From Elusimicrobiota bacterium (GTDB taxonomy: Bacteria; Elusimicrobiota; Elusimicrobia; UBA1565; UBA9628), in assembly GCA_003151975.1 (NCBI GenBank), contig PLZD01000010.1, forward strand, positions 201,261 through 265,260: a stretch of DNA of 64,000 bases. Reading direction: 5' to 3'. Position 1 is the first letter of the stretch; the number at the start of each line of letters is the position of its first letter. Positions 8,474-17,295 of the stretch are shown here, piece after piece. The notes under the pieces are model-generated. The model had not been told where the DNA came from and searched no databases. It saw only the letters and a list, made by a program, of their open reading frames with translations. The position numbers and the translations under genes are program-made.

Positions 8474-9857
8474 GCAGCTTGGGATCGAGCCGTTTCTCGA
8501 TACTCTCGGCTGACGCCGCGGCGTCGGGGTCCCCTTGCTCGGCCGCGAGCCAGAACCACGCGCAGGCCCAAAGGGTATCGATGACCACGCCGTCGCCGTT
8601 GTAGTACATCACGCCCAGCGCGTTCTGGGCCGCGCCGAGGCCCCCCTCGGCGGAGCGCTTCATCCACGAGAACGCCTCGCGGTCGTCCGGCGCGACTTTC
8701 ATTTGGGCCGCGGTGAGGTCGCCCAAGATGTCCTCGCGGGCGGAGCGGTCTTCTTTCCAGTAGAGCGCGCCGAGGATCGCTTGCGCGGAGTGCTCGCCGC
8801 GCAGGGCCGCGCGGCGCAAGTAAGACAAGCCCGAGGTGAAATCCTGCTCGAGGCCTTGGCCCGTGACGCTCATCATCGCCAGACGAAACAGCGCTTGCGG
8901 CACTTCCTTCTGCGCCGCGCGGCGGTACCACTTGGCGGCTTCGACGTAATCGAGGTCCGTGCCCCAGCCGTGGTCGTAGAGGACGCCGATGTTGTTGGCC
9001 GCCTCGGCCGAGCCGGCGTTTGCGGCCGATTGATACAGAGCCATCGCCGTCTTCATGTCCTTGGGCGCGAGCTTGCCCTCCTGATAGATCCCGGCCAAGG
9101 CGACTTGCGCGTCGGGGACTCCGTCCTTGGCGATTTTCTTAAGCAGCTCGACGAACCTCTTGGCGTCTCCATTTTCGCGGTACTGGAGCACCGCGATGAG
9201 GTAGCCCGCGCGCGCGTTTCCCTTGCGCAGGGATTGCTTGAGAAGATCGAGAGCCTTCTTCGTGTCTTTGGGCGCGCCATACCCGTCGGCAAAGCAAGTG
9301 GCGAGGTTGTACTCCGCCGAGGGATCCCCTTGGGCCGCCGCCTTGGAAAACCACGCGACCGCAAGTTCAGGGTCCTTGGCCACGCCGCGGCCCTCGCGGT
9401 AGAGGACGCCCAAGTTGTATTGCGCCAAGGTTGAGCCGGCATTGGCCGCGAGCTTGAGCAGCGCGACGGCCTTTTCTAGATCGAAATCGATCCCGTCGCC
9501 GGAGAGATAAAGCATCCCCAAGGCGTATTGCGCGGGGGGATAGCCGCGATTGGAGGCGAGCTCGAGAAGCCGCGCGGCTTCCCGGGTATCGCGCGCGACG
9601 CCGCGGCCCAGCGAGTAGAGCGCGCCGAGCCCGTACTGCCCTTGCGGGCTTCCCTGGTCGGACGCTTTCTGGAACCACTTGGCGGCCTCGGCGTCATCGG
9701 CCTTGACGCCCTTGCCCTCGTGATACGCGGCGCCGAGCTCGTACTGCGCCGACGCGTCGCCCGCGGCGGCCTTTGCGCGCAGCGCGGCAACGTTGGCCGC
9801 GCGAACGGGCGAGATCAGAATCAGCGCGAGGAGCGCGAGCAGTGCCTGAGCGAGCAT
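8415..9857 (-). CDS. secreted Sel1-like (TPR-family) repeat protein
   Basis: ~11 repeats of the A.YxLGxxYxxGxGVxxDxxxAxxWxxKAA pattern, with a signal peptide. Confidence 0.8.
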   Translation of the reverse strand: MLAQALLALLALILISPVRAANVAALRAKAAAGDASAQYELGAAYHEGKGVKADDAEAAKWFQKASDQGSPQGQYGLGALYSLGRGVARDTREAARLLELASNRGYPPAQYALGMLYLSGDGIDFDLEKAVALLKLAANAGSTLAQYNLGVLYREGRGVAKDPELAVAWFSKAAAQGDPSAEYNLATCFADGYGAPKDTKKALDLLKQSLRKGNARAGYLIAVLQYRENGDAKRFVELLKKIAKDGVPDAQVALAGIYQEGKLAPKDMKTAMALYQSAANAGSAEAANNIGVLYDHGWGTDLDYVEAAKWYRRAAQKEVPQALFRLAMMSVTGQGLEQDFTSGLSYLRRAALRGEHSAQAILGALYWKEDRSAREDILGDLTAAQMKVAPDDREAFSWMKRSAEGGLGAAQNALGVMYYNGDGVVIDTLWACAWFWLAAEQGDPDAAASAESIEKRLDPKLLTEARSRLVELRKSQTPRD

Positions 9858-9882
9858 GTTACAAGTTTAGAAAATCTGGGTC

Positions 9883-9910
9883 TTGACCGGCTGGAAAATC
9901 CAGCTATACT
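9883..9910 (+). promoter_or_regulatory. sigma70-like promoter (TTGACC -16 nt- TATACT) with an embedded perfect inverted repeat GCTGGAaaatTCCAGC
   Basis: Consensus-like -35/-10 hexamers with 16-nt spacing. A palindrome occupies the spacer. A GGAGG RBS lies 6 nt before the ATG at 9957. Confidence 0.5.
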
Positions 9911-9956
9911 TAGATTCGCGCCGCGTCTGTACACCAGTACCTCGCACGGAGGCACG

Positions 9957-10103
9957 ATGAACGGACCGCTGAAAAAGACATTCGACTGCCCGACGGTGCC
10001 GCGTCTCAAAGGCGACAAGCCCTTGTTCAAGGACGGCAAGCTCGTGGGCGTCATGCTCGAAGCCTATTGGCGCGAGCCGGATTCCCGGTCCGTCGAGCCC
10101 TAG
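9957..10103 (+). CDS. small hypothetical protein (48 aa)
   Basis: Strong GGAGG RBS and promoter immediately upstream. No homology recognised. Confidence 0.35.
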   Translation: MNGPLKKTFDCPTVPRLKGDKPLFKDGKLVGVMLEAYWREPDSRSVEP

Positions 10104-10339
10104 TCCCACCGCAACTTAGCCCAAGGCCAGTACCGACAAAGCCGCGATCCTTTGCGCCGATGCCTACCCCATCGGCAGCCGCGGCATTCCGGCAGAAAAA
10201 TCCTGAGGCCCAGAGCCCCGCCGCCGTTTCGCTCGGGGTTTTGTTGGGCGACGGGCGCGGGGCTCTGGTGCCTCATAATATATATACGATTGACCCCCCC
10301 AAAATGTTCCACTTTGGGCGCGCGCTCGACGGAGAGATG

Positions 10340-11698
10340 TCAGGGGTTTGCGGACTGCAGGCGGGTGAGCTGGTCCTTAAGCAGGCGCTTGGTTCGCGCC
10401 GAGGCGCCCACTTCGAGCGCCTTGCGGAAGAATTTCACGGCCTGAGCGGTGTCGCCCTCGGCGACAAGGCAGAGCCCGAAGCCCGTGTAGGCGTCGGCCA
10501 CGACCGGGTCGCTCATTCCCAGCTTGGAGGCCAGATTCATCGCCTCGGCATACGAGTATTTCGCTCTGGGGATGTCGCCGTTGAAGCGCGCGATCGTTCC
10601 CATCCGCTCGTGGTACAGGACGCGCAGGCGGTCGTCGGGGGCGAGGAGTGCTGCCGCGGCGTCGAGTTCGGTCGTAGCCGCCTTGAGGTCGCCGGCCTCG
10701 ATGAGTTTCTGCGCGGAGATGAAATGGTTCTCAGGGGTGGCGGGCGTGGAGCCTGACTCGACCGCGGGAGCGGCGGCCTTCGGCGGGGCGCCGCCCCAGC
10801 GAATCGTGGCGCTGACGCGGTTTGAGATACCCAGCGTGCCCAAAGGCGCGATGGCGTAGTCGATCGAGAGGGTCTTCCAAATCCAGCCGACGCCCGCGGT
10901 GATTCCGACGCCGGCGTCGTTGCGCGTGGTAAATCCGAGGCGGAAGGCGATCATCTTGTCGTAGACGGACTCGAGGCCGAAGCCCATGCGGACTTTGTCG
11001 GCCGTCTCACGCGTGACGTCGAGAGCGAAGGTGTTGTCCATCTTGAAGGCGGGGAAGGCGTAGGCCGTTCCCAAGCGCCAGAGCATCGGCAGCCGCTCGC
11101 TATGGCTTGCGAACTTCACGTTGGGGCCCATGTTGAGGATCGAGGCGCCGAAGGTCAGCCCCTTCATCTGCTCGACGGAGTAGAGCGCGCCGGCGTCGAA
11201 GGCGACTCCATTGGCCTGCGTCGTGTCGATGGTCTCGCGAATGAGCTTGGCGCCGCCGCCCAGGCTCAAGGACGGCGTGAGCGCGCGGCCGTAGCCTCCG
11301 GAAAGAGCGAAGTCGTTGAGCCCGAAGGTCGAGCCCGTGCCGCCCGGCTGGGACAAGGTCGTGCGGTTGATGCTCCCGAAGTCGAGGTAGTTCATGCTCA
11401 GGCCCCAGCCTTGCTTGGAGGCAAAGCCCACGTACTCCTGGCTCAGGCCCTGCACGTACTCGTTGTGCATGAAAGTCGCCTCGTAGTTGTCGACCCGCGC
11501 CAGTCCCGCGGGATTGTAGAGCAGGGCGTTGGAGTCGGTCGCCAGGGCCGTGTAAGCGCCGCCCAAGCCCACGGCGCGCGCGTTGGCGTCGATCGTCAGG
11601 AAATCAAACGAGGAGGCGCCGGCGGCGGAATCCGCCCAGGCCCGCGGGCTTGCGCCCGCGAGCACGAGAAACGCCGCCAGCAGCCTCATGGTTCTCAT
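10340..11698 (-). CDS. PorV/UPF0164-like outer-membrane beta-barrel fused to a C-terminal TPR-like domain
   Basis: Signal peptide, then FLTIDANARAVGLGGAYTALATDSNALLYNPAGLA, an N-terminal motif characteristic of the PorV/PorQ/UPF0164 family. Amphipathic beta-strand pattern. TPR-like C-terminus. Confidence 0.5.
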   Translation of the reverse strand: MRTMRLLAAFLVLAGASPRAWADSAAGASSFDFLTIDANARAVGLGGAYTALATDSNALLYNPAGLARVDNYEATFMHNEYVQGLSQEYVGFASKQGWGLSMNYLDFGSINRTTLSQPGGTGSTFGLNDFALSGGYGRALTPSLSLGGGAKLIRETIDTTQANGVAFDAGALYSVEQMKGLTFGASILNMGPNVKFASHSERLPMLWRLGTAYAFPAFKMDNTFALDVTRETADKVRMGFGLESVYDKMIAFRLGFTTRNDAGVGITAGVGWIWKTLSIDYAIAPLGTLGISNRVSATIRWGGAPPKAAAPAVESGSTPATPENHFISAQKLIEAGDLKAATTELDAAAALLAPDDRLRVLYHERMGTIARFNGDIPRAKYSYAEAMNLASKLGMSDPVVADAYTGFGLCLVAEGDTAQAVKFFRKALEVGASARTKRLLKDQLTRLQSANP

Positions 11699-14600
11699 CT
11701 GATGATCGCGATTTTACGCACGACGCTCCTGATACCCGGCGAAGTGATGACCGCCAGGTAGCCTCCCGACGCGACGTCGGCGCCGTCCTGATTCTTGGCG
11801 TCCCAGTGCGTCGTTCCGCTGCCGCTCGACGAGTCGAATTTGGCGACCATCCGGCCCGAGGCGGTGTAGATCGTGATCGTGACCACGCCGGGCAGATTGT
11901 CGAAAACGATGCCGGAGGTCGCATCGCCGAAGCTGAAAGGCTTGCCCTCGTCGGGATTGCCGCCGTTGGGCTTGAACGGATTCGGGTAGACGCGCACCGC
12001 GCTGAGGTCGGCGGACGCCGGGCTGCCGGCGATGATCGCGAAGATGCTGAAGTGCGGCGTAAAGCCCGTGATCGTGTGGCTGGCCAAGTTCACCGTCGAT
12101 GCGAAATCCTTGCTCCACTGACCCGTGTTCGGATTGAGCGAATAGATTTGGAAGGTCTCGGGGAATTGCGCGGTGTCGGGATAAGACAGCGTGATCTCGG
12201 CCAACGACCCGCCCGAGAGATTGTGCTGGCTGTTGTCGAGGTCGACCTCCATCGCCGAGCCCGCGAAGGTCAGGCCCAAAGGGGGGCCCGTCGTGATCGT
12301 CGGATTGCTCGTGACGGTGAAAGTCACGGAGGAGGTATTCAAGGCGCCGGGCGGCAGAACGATGCCGCAGAGCGGGTCCGTCGGCGCGGCGCCGCCGGCG
12401 GAGATATTATTCGTTACGGTGTTGTTTACGACCTGCTGCGTCTGGTCCTTGCCCCCGACCTGGTTCTCGTTGAGCGTCGGCGTCACCGGATCGACGACAA
12501 CGGTGATGGCGCTGGGTGCCGTGTCCGAGCTCCCGTTGACGCCGACGGCCACGACGCGCAGATCATAGCTTCCGGGGGCGACCGCGGTGACATCCCAATG
12601 GATGAAGAACGGGGAGATGGTGTCGGGGTTGGGGTGATTGACGTCGGCGGCCGGAACCATCGCCCACGCGGTCGAACCCGAGACGCGGTACTCGAAGGTC
12701 AACTGCTGGACCTGGTCGGGCGTTCCTGAGACGATCGACGCCGTGATCGTTACGCTGTTGCCGTTGATGTGCTTGCCGGAATCGGGTGACTTGATGGCGG
12801 CGCGGACCGAGGACAAAGTCGCGGTCGCCGCCGCGATTGCGTAGACGCCCGTCGTCTCGGTGGCGCCGCAGCGGTGGGTCGTGCGCAGCGCGAAGGAATA
12901 CGCCGCGGTCGAGGCGAGCACGCCCGTCGTGAAGCTCGTTTGCGGTGAAGCGAGCACCGCCAGCGGCGCGCCGTAGTTGATGGCGCCGGTCCCGGCGTCG
13001 TAATAGAGCGAGTACTGCGTCACGCCTTCGGTCGGCGAGGCGATCCACGACAGCGCGATCTGGCCGCCGGGAAGCGAGTTCGCCGTGAAGCCCGCGGCGG
13101 GCGCGGGCACGGTGTTGGAGGTCAGCACGCTGATGGTCGAGGCGAAGACTGAGGGAACATTCGCGAAGTTCCAGTTGCGCACGCCGTAGTAGTAGGTCGT
13201 GCAGCCAAGCAGGCCCGACGCGACGAACTGCGTCGCGGCGCCCGAGAAGACAGTGGTGAACGTCGCGTCGTTGAGCGAGAATTGGACCTCCGCGGTCGTG
13301 CCCGCGGGATTCGAGTTCAAGAGCCAGCTGATCGTCGCCGAGGTCGCCCAGATCGAAGACGCCGTCGTGCCTGTCGGCGGATTGGCCAAAGTGTAGGCGG
13401 TCGCGGGAGTTGGCGAGAGAGGGCCCCCGCCGCTGGCGTTGTAGCCGATCGTCCGAAGGATGTGCGGCGTGTTCGGCGCCAGGCTGGTCTCCGAGTAGAG
13501 CGTCGTGGTCGTCGCGGCGAGCAAGGTCGGACCGCCCACGTACTCGTAGGCGAGATAGGTCGTCGCGCTCGAGGCCAGCGACCAGCTCCAGTTGATCGCG
13601 GTTGTCGACAGCACGGTCGGAGAAGGCGCGCCGGGCGCGCCGGGAACGGTCGGCAGGGTCTGCTGGGCGCCGATGAAGGTGAAGGGTCCGGCCGCGGCCG
13701 TGGCGACCTGGACGTAGTAGGTCGTGTTCTGGCTCAGCGAAGTATAGGCTTTGAAGAGATTCGTCGTGTTCAGGTATTGATTGCTCGCAAGACCGTTGGG
13801 GAAGGGCCCCGATGAGAGCTGGGTGTAGAAAAGCGTTCCGTTGGGGAAGGTTGAGGTCCAATTGGCGGTCAGGCCGTTGATCGAGACCGCCGTAAACGCG
13901 GCGCCGGTGATTGTCGCCGGCAAGGTTGTGGCCGAGCTCAGGCTGATGAAGGGGCCCGCCGGCGCGGTCGCGACTTCGGCGTAGTAGGTCGAGGCGGCGT
14001 TCAAATTCCCGAAGAGCGCCGAGAGGTTGAACGTGTTCGAGCTTTGGTTTCCGGTAAACGCGTTTGGAAACGCGCCGGAGGAGAACTCGACGTAGTAGAA
14101 CGTGCCGGAGGAGTAGGTCGAGGTCCAGTTGACGGTGACGGTGTTGACGGTGACGACGAAGGCGGCGGGGAAAATCGTCGGCGGCGGCGCGGTCGGCGTG
14201 AAGCCGAGGCTCGTGAAGGGGCCGGCCGGCGCGGTGGCGACTTCGGCGTAGTAGGTCGAGCTGCCGGTCAGGCCCGAGTAAGACGCGCTGAGATTGAGCG
14301 TGTTCGAGCTTTGGTTGCCGGTGTACGCGTTGGGAAACGCCCCCGACGAGAGATTCGTGTAATACAGCGTTCCCGACGAGAACGTCGAGCCCCAATTGGC
14401 CGTGAGCGTGTACGACGAGATCGCGGTGTAGCCGCCGGGCGTGATGAACGGGCCGGCCGGAGTCGTGACGTTTCCGAGACTCGTGAACGGACCCGCGGTC
14501 GCCGTGCCCACTTCCGCGTAGTACTTCACGCTGCCTGCCAGGCCGGTGAAAGGCGCGTCGGTGTTGAAGGTGTTCGAGCTTTGGTTGCCGGTAAAGGTGT

Positions 14601-16737
14601 TGGGGAACACGCCCGTCGAGAGATTGGCGTAATAAAATGAGCCCGGGGGGTAGCTCGACGTCCAGTTGGCCGTCAGATAATTGCTGTTGACGGTGGTGAA
14701 GGCCAGAGCGGAGATGCTCGCGTTGAACGGCACGAGTTTGAAGCCGATGCTGAAGAACGGGCCCGCCGGCGTGGTGGCGACCTGGGCAAAATAGGAGGTG
14801 TTCGGCGTCAGTCCGACGAACGCCACCGAGAGGTTGAGCGTGTTGGAGCTCAAGTTCCCCGTGAACGCGTTGGGAAACGCGCCGGAAGACATTTGCAGGT
14901 AGTAGAGCGTGCCGGCGGAGAAAGTCGAGATCCAGTTCGTCGTCAGCGTCGTGGAGGAGACCCCGGTGAAGGCCGCGCCCACGATCGGATTGGCCAAGGT
15001 CGTCGTTGAGCCGATGCTCGTGAAGGGTCCCGTCGCCGCGGTGCCGACTTCGACGAAGTACGCCGTGCTCGCCGAGAGCCCCGCGAAGTAGGCGTTGAGA
15101 TTAAAGGTGTTGGAGCTTTGATTGCCGGTGAACGCGTTGGGGAAGGCGCCGGAAGAAATCTGGGTGTAGAAGAACGTGCCGCCCGGGAAGGTCGTCGTCC
15201 AATTGGCGGTCAGGATGTTGTAGTTGATGCCGGTGAAGGGCGCGCCCGTGACGGTGTAGGGCAAGGTCGTCGTCGAGCCTATGATCGTGAACGGCCCCGT
15301 CGCCGCCGTCGCGACCTCGACGAAGTACGCCGTGCTTCCCGTGAGCCCCGCGAAGGCCGCGTTGAGGTTGAAGGTGTTCGAGCTTTGGTTTCCCGTGAAC
15401 GCGTTGGGAAACGCGCCGGAGGAGAGCTGGGCGTAGTAGAAGGTTCCGGTCGAGTAAGTCGTCGTCCAGTGGGCGGTTAAGGCGTTGTAGGCGACTGCGG
15501 TGAAGAGGGCGGCGGTGATGGCCGGGCCGGCCAAGGTCGTCGTCGAGCCGAGGCTCGTGAACGGCCCCGTCGCCGCCGTGCCGACCTCGACGAAGTACGC
15601 GGTGCTTGTGGACAGCGCCGTGAAGGCGGCGTTGAGATTGAAGGTGTTGGAGCTTTGGTTGCCGGTGAACGCGTTGGGGAACGCGCCGGATGAGAGTTGA
15701 GCGTAGTAGAACGTTCCAGTGGAGTAAGTCGTGGTCCAATGGGCGGTCAGATAGTTGTTGTTGACGGTGGTGAACGACGCCGCGGTGATGGCCGGGCTGG
15801 TCGTCGTGAAGGTCGAGCTCAGGCTTGTGAAGGGGCCCGCCGCCGCGGTCGCGACCTGGGCGTAGTAGTGTGTGCCTCCCGAAAGCCCCGCGAAGACCGC
15901 GTCGAGGTTGAAGGTATTGGAACTGACGTTCGTTGGAGAGGCGTTGGGGAAAGGGCCGGTTGAAAGCTGCGCGTAATACAAAGTCCCGGTGGAATAAGTC
16001 GTCGTCCAATTGGTGGTGAGGTAGTTGTAGTTGACGGTCGTGAACGACGCGGCGGTGATGGCGGGATTGGCCGATGTCGAGGTCGCGCCAAGACTCGTGA
16101 AAGGCCCCGTCGCCGCGGTCGCCACCTCGACGTAGTAGGCCGTGCTTCCGGACAGTCCCGAGTAGGCGGCGTTGAGGTTGAAGGTGTTCGAACTTTGATT
16201 CCCGGTCCACGAGTTGGGAAACACGTCGGTGGATAGCTGCGTGTAGTAGAGCGTGCCGGCCGGGAAGGTCGAGTTCCAATTCGAGGTCAAGTAGTTAGAG
16301 TTGACCGTGGTGAAGGCGGCGGGGGTGATTGCGGAGGAAGTCTCGGTCGAATAGAGACTCTGGATGGTCCCGCCGGCGGGCAAGGTGGAGACTTGCGCGA
16401 AATAGACCGTGCTGGGAGCAAGCCCAGCGAAGGTCGCGAAGGTGTTATTCGTCGACGAGCTTTGGTTGCCGGCGTAAGCGTTGGGAAACGCCGCCGAGGA
16501 GATTTGCGCGAAATACGTGGTGCCGCCTGCAAAGGTCGAGGACCAATTCGCCGTCGCCGAGACGCCGGTGATCGCGGTGAAAGGCGAGCTCGACAGAGTC
16601 TGGGCGCGGGCTTTGACCGCGCCCGCGGTCAGGAGAGAGACAACGAGAAAAAAAAGAGCCGCCGCGGAGAGCGTCTTCCGCGACCGGCATCGTTCGACGA
16701 CTCGGGGCCTAACCCCCGCGAGATTATCGCTGAGCAT
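11695..16737 (-). CDS. giant (1680 aa) cell-surface repeat protein: ~11 FN3-like tandem repeats, Ig-like region, T9SS-type (FlgD-Ig-like) C-terminal sorting domain
   Basis: Signal peptide. ~95-aa repeats (FTTVNxNYLTANWTTTYSTGTxYYAQLSSGAFPNAFTGNQSSNTFNLNA...). C-terminus VYPNPFKPN...VTITIYTASGRMVAKF...HWDAKNQDGADVASGGYLAVITSPG...RKIAIIR matches the Por_Secre_tail architecture. Confidence 0.75.
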   Translation of the reverse strand: MLSDNLAGVRPRVVERCRSRKTLSAAALFFLVVSLLTAGAVKARAQTLSSSPFTAITGVSATANWSSTFAGGTTYFAQISSAAFPNAYAGNQSSSTNNTFATFAGLAPSTVYFAQVSTLPAGGTIQSLYSTETSSAITPAAFTTVNSNYLTSNWNSTFPAGTLYYTQLSTDVFPNSWTGNQSSNTFNLNAAYSGLSGSTAYYVEVATAATGPFTSLGATSTSANPAITAASFTTVNYNYLTTNWTTTYSTGTLYYAQLSTGPFPNASPTNVSSNTFNLDAVFAGLSGGTHYYAQVATAAAGPFTSLSSTFTTTSPAITAASFTTVNNNYLTAHWTTTYSTGTFYYAQLSSGAFPNAFTGNQSSNTFNLNAAFTALSTSTAYFVEVGTAATGPFTSLGSTTTLAGPAITAALFTAVAYNALTAHWTTTYSTGTFYYAQLSSGAFPNAFTGNQSSNTFNLNAAFAGLTGSTAYFVEVATAATGPFTIIGSTTTLPYTVTGAPFTGINYNILTANWTTTFPGGTFFYTQISSGAFPNAFTGNQSSNTFNLNAYFAGLSASTAYFVEVGTAATGPFTSIGSTTTLANPIVGAAFTGVSSTTLTTNWISTFSAGTLYYLQMSSGAFPNAFTGNLSSNTLNLSVAFVGLTPNTSYFAQVATTPAGPFFSIGFKLVPFNASISALAFTTVNSNYLTANWTSSYPPGSFYYANLSTGVFPNTFTGNQSSNTFNTDAPFTGLAGSVKYYAEVGTATAGPFTSLGNVTTPAGPFITPGGYTAISSYTLTANWGSTFSSGTLYYTNLSSGAFPNAYTGNQSSNTLNLSASYSGLTGSSTYYAEVATAPAGPFTSLGFTPTAPPPTIFPAAFVVTVNTVTVNWTSTYSSGTFYYVEFSSGAFPNAFTGNQSSNTFNLSALFGNLNAASTYYAEVATAPAGPFISLSSATTLPATITGAAFTAVSINGLTANWTSTFPNGTLFYTQLSSGPFPNGLASNQYLNTTNLFKAYTSLSQNTTYYVQVATAAAGPFTFIGAQQTLPTVPGAPGAPSPTVLSTTAINWSWSLASSATTYLAYEYVGGPTLLAATTTTLYSETSLAPNTPHILRTIGYNASGGGPLSPTPATAYTLANPPTGTTASSIWATSATISWLLNSNPAGTTAEVQFSLNDATFTTVFSGAATQFVASGLLGCTTYYYGVRNWNFANVPSVFASTISVLTSNTVPAPAAGFTANSLPGGQIALSWIASPTEGVTQYSLYYDAGTGAINYGAPLAVLASPQTSFTTGVLASTAAYSFALRTTHRCGATETTGVYAIAAATATLSSVRAAIKSPDSGKHINGNSVTITASIVSGTPDQVQQLTFEYRVSGSTAWAMVPAADVNHPNPDTISPFFIHWDVTAVAPGSYDLRVVAVGVNGSSDTAPSAITVVVDPVTPTLNENQVGGKDQTQQVVNNTVTNNISAGGAAPTDPLCGIVLPPGALNTSSVTFTVTSNPTITTGPPLGLTFAGSAMEVDLDNSQHNLSGGSLAEITLSYPDTAQFPETFQIYSLNPNTGQWSKDFASTVNLASHTITGFTPHFSIFAIIAGSPASADLSAVRVYPNPFKPNGGNPDEGKPFSFGDATSGIVFDNLPGVVTITIYTASGRMVAKFDSSSGSGTTHWDAKNQDGADVASGGYLAVITSPGIRSVVRKIAIIR
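13440..16580. repeat. coding tandem repeat array (~285-bp unit, ~11 copies, high nucleotide identity)
   Basis: Near-identical protein repeats. Alternate-frame ORFs (12563-14395, 15101-16279) are shadows of the same periodicity. Confidence 0.7.
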
Positions 16738-16904
16738 TCATTCGGTAGCCTGACCCTCCCCAACCGGGAGTCTTGGCTTTGCGCCCCGGGCTTGCGCCCG
16801 GTTTGCCCTTATCGCCCGCCCTTAACGCGGGGCGGGAGCATCCCCTAAGTATAGCCGGATACCGAGAGCCGTCAAGACCCAACTACGGACATATTAAGAG
16901 GTAC

Positions 16905-17273
16905 TTATTTACCTAATACGGTGATGTCGATCTCGTCGACCGGCTTGCAGACGTCGCGGCAGACGAAGAGCTGGATGCGGCTTTGGCAGCCCGAGTCGGA
17001 GGAGAAATTCTTTACGTTCCACGCCATGCCCTCGATGCTCAGCTTGTAGTTGCCTTGGGCGTCGGTCGTGGTCTGACGCTCGCGGATCATCTTCTCGCTC
17101 TCGCCCTGCAGGTTCTCGCAGTGCTTGAGCAGCTGGGCCTTGATGACGATGGGCTTGCCGTCCTCGAGCACGGCCTTGCCCTTGAAGGTTTTCCAGTAAG
17201 CCTTGGGGTAAATGACGCAGCCGCAGAGGCTTGCGGTCGCCGTCAGGCACGCCAGGATCAGCGGGCGGTTCAT
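16905..17273 (-). CDS. small lipoprotein with a carboxypeptidase-regulatory-like (TDAQGNYKL) motif
   Basis: Lipobox LCGC. DAQGNYKL is typical of CarbopepD_reg-like beta-sandwich domains. Confidence 0.45.
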   Translation of the reverse strand: MNRPLILACLTATASLCGCVIYPKAYWKTFKGKAVLEDGKPIVIKAQLLKHCENLQGESEKMIRERQTTTDAQGNYKLSIEGMAWNVKNFSSDSGCQSRIQLFVCRDVCKPVDEIDITVLGK

Positions 17274-17295
17274 CGAACGATCTTACAAAATCCCA

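Noticed and set aside
8535-9434. 299-aa plus-strand ORF and several 100-130-aa ORFs
   Set aside because: Antisense to the Sel1-repeat gene, which has clear periodic repeat motifs.
12563-14395. 610-aa and 392-aa (15101-16279) minus-strand ORFs plus several plus-strand ORFs inside the giant gene
   Set aside because: Alternate-frame shadows of the tandem-repeat gene. Arg/Gly/Asp-rich low-complexity translations typical of off-frame GC-rich DNA.
13440-16580. Possibility that the periodic repeats are a CRISPR array
   Set aside because: Units are ~285 bp, protein-coding and in frame, with no short repeat/spacer alternation and no cas genes.
16738-16904. GC-rich stem-loops (e.g. CCCGCCC-ttaacgcg-GGGCGGG) upstream of the giant adhesin gene as a riboswitch/terminator
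   Set aside because: No T-tract after the hairpins on either strand and no similarity to a known riboswitch that I can recognise. Left as unexplained leader structure.
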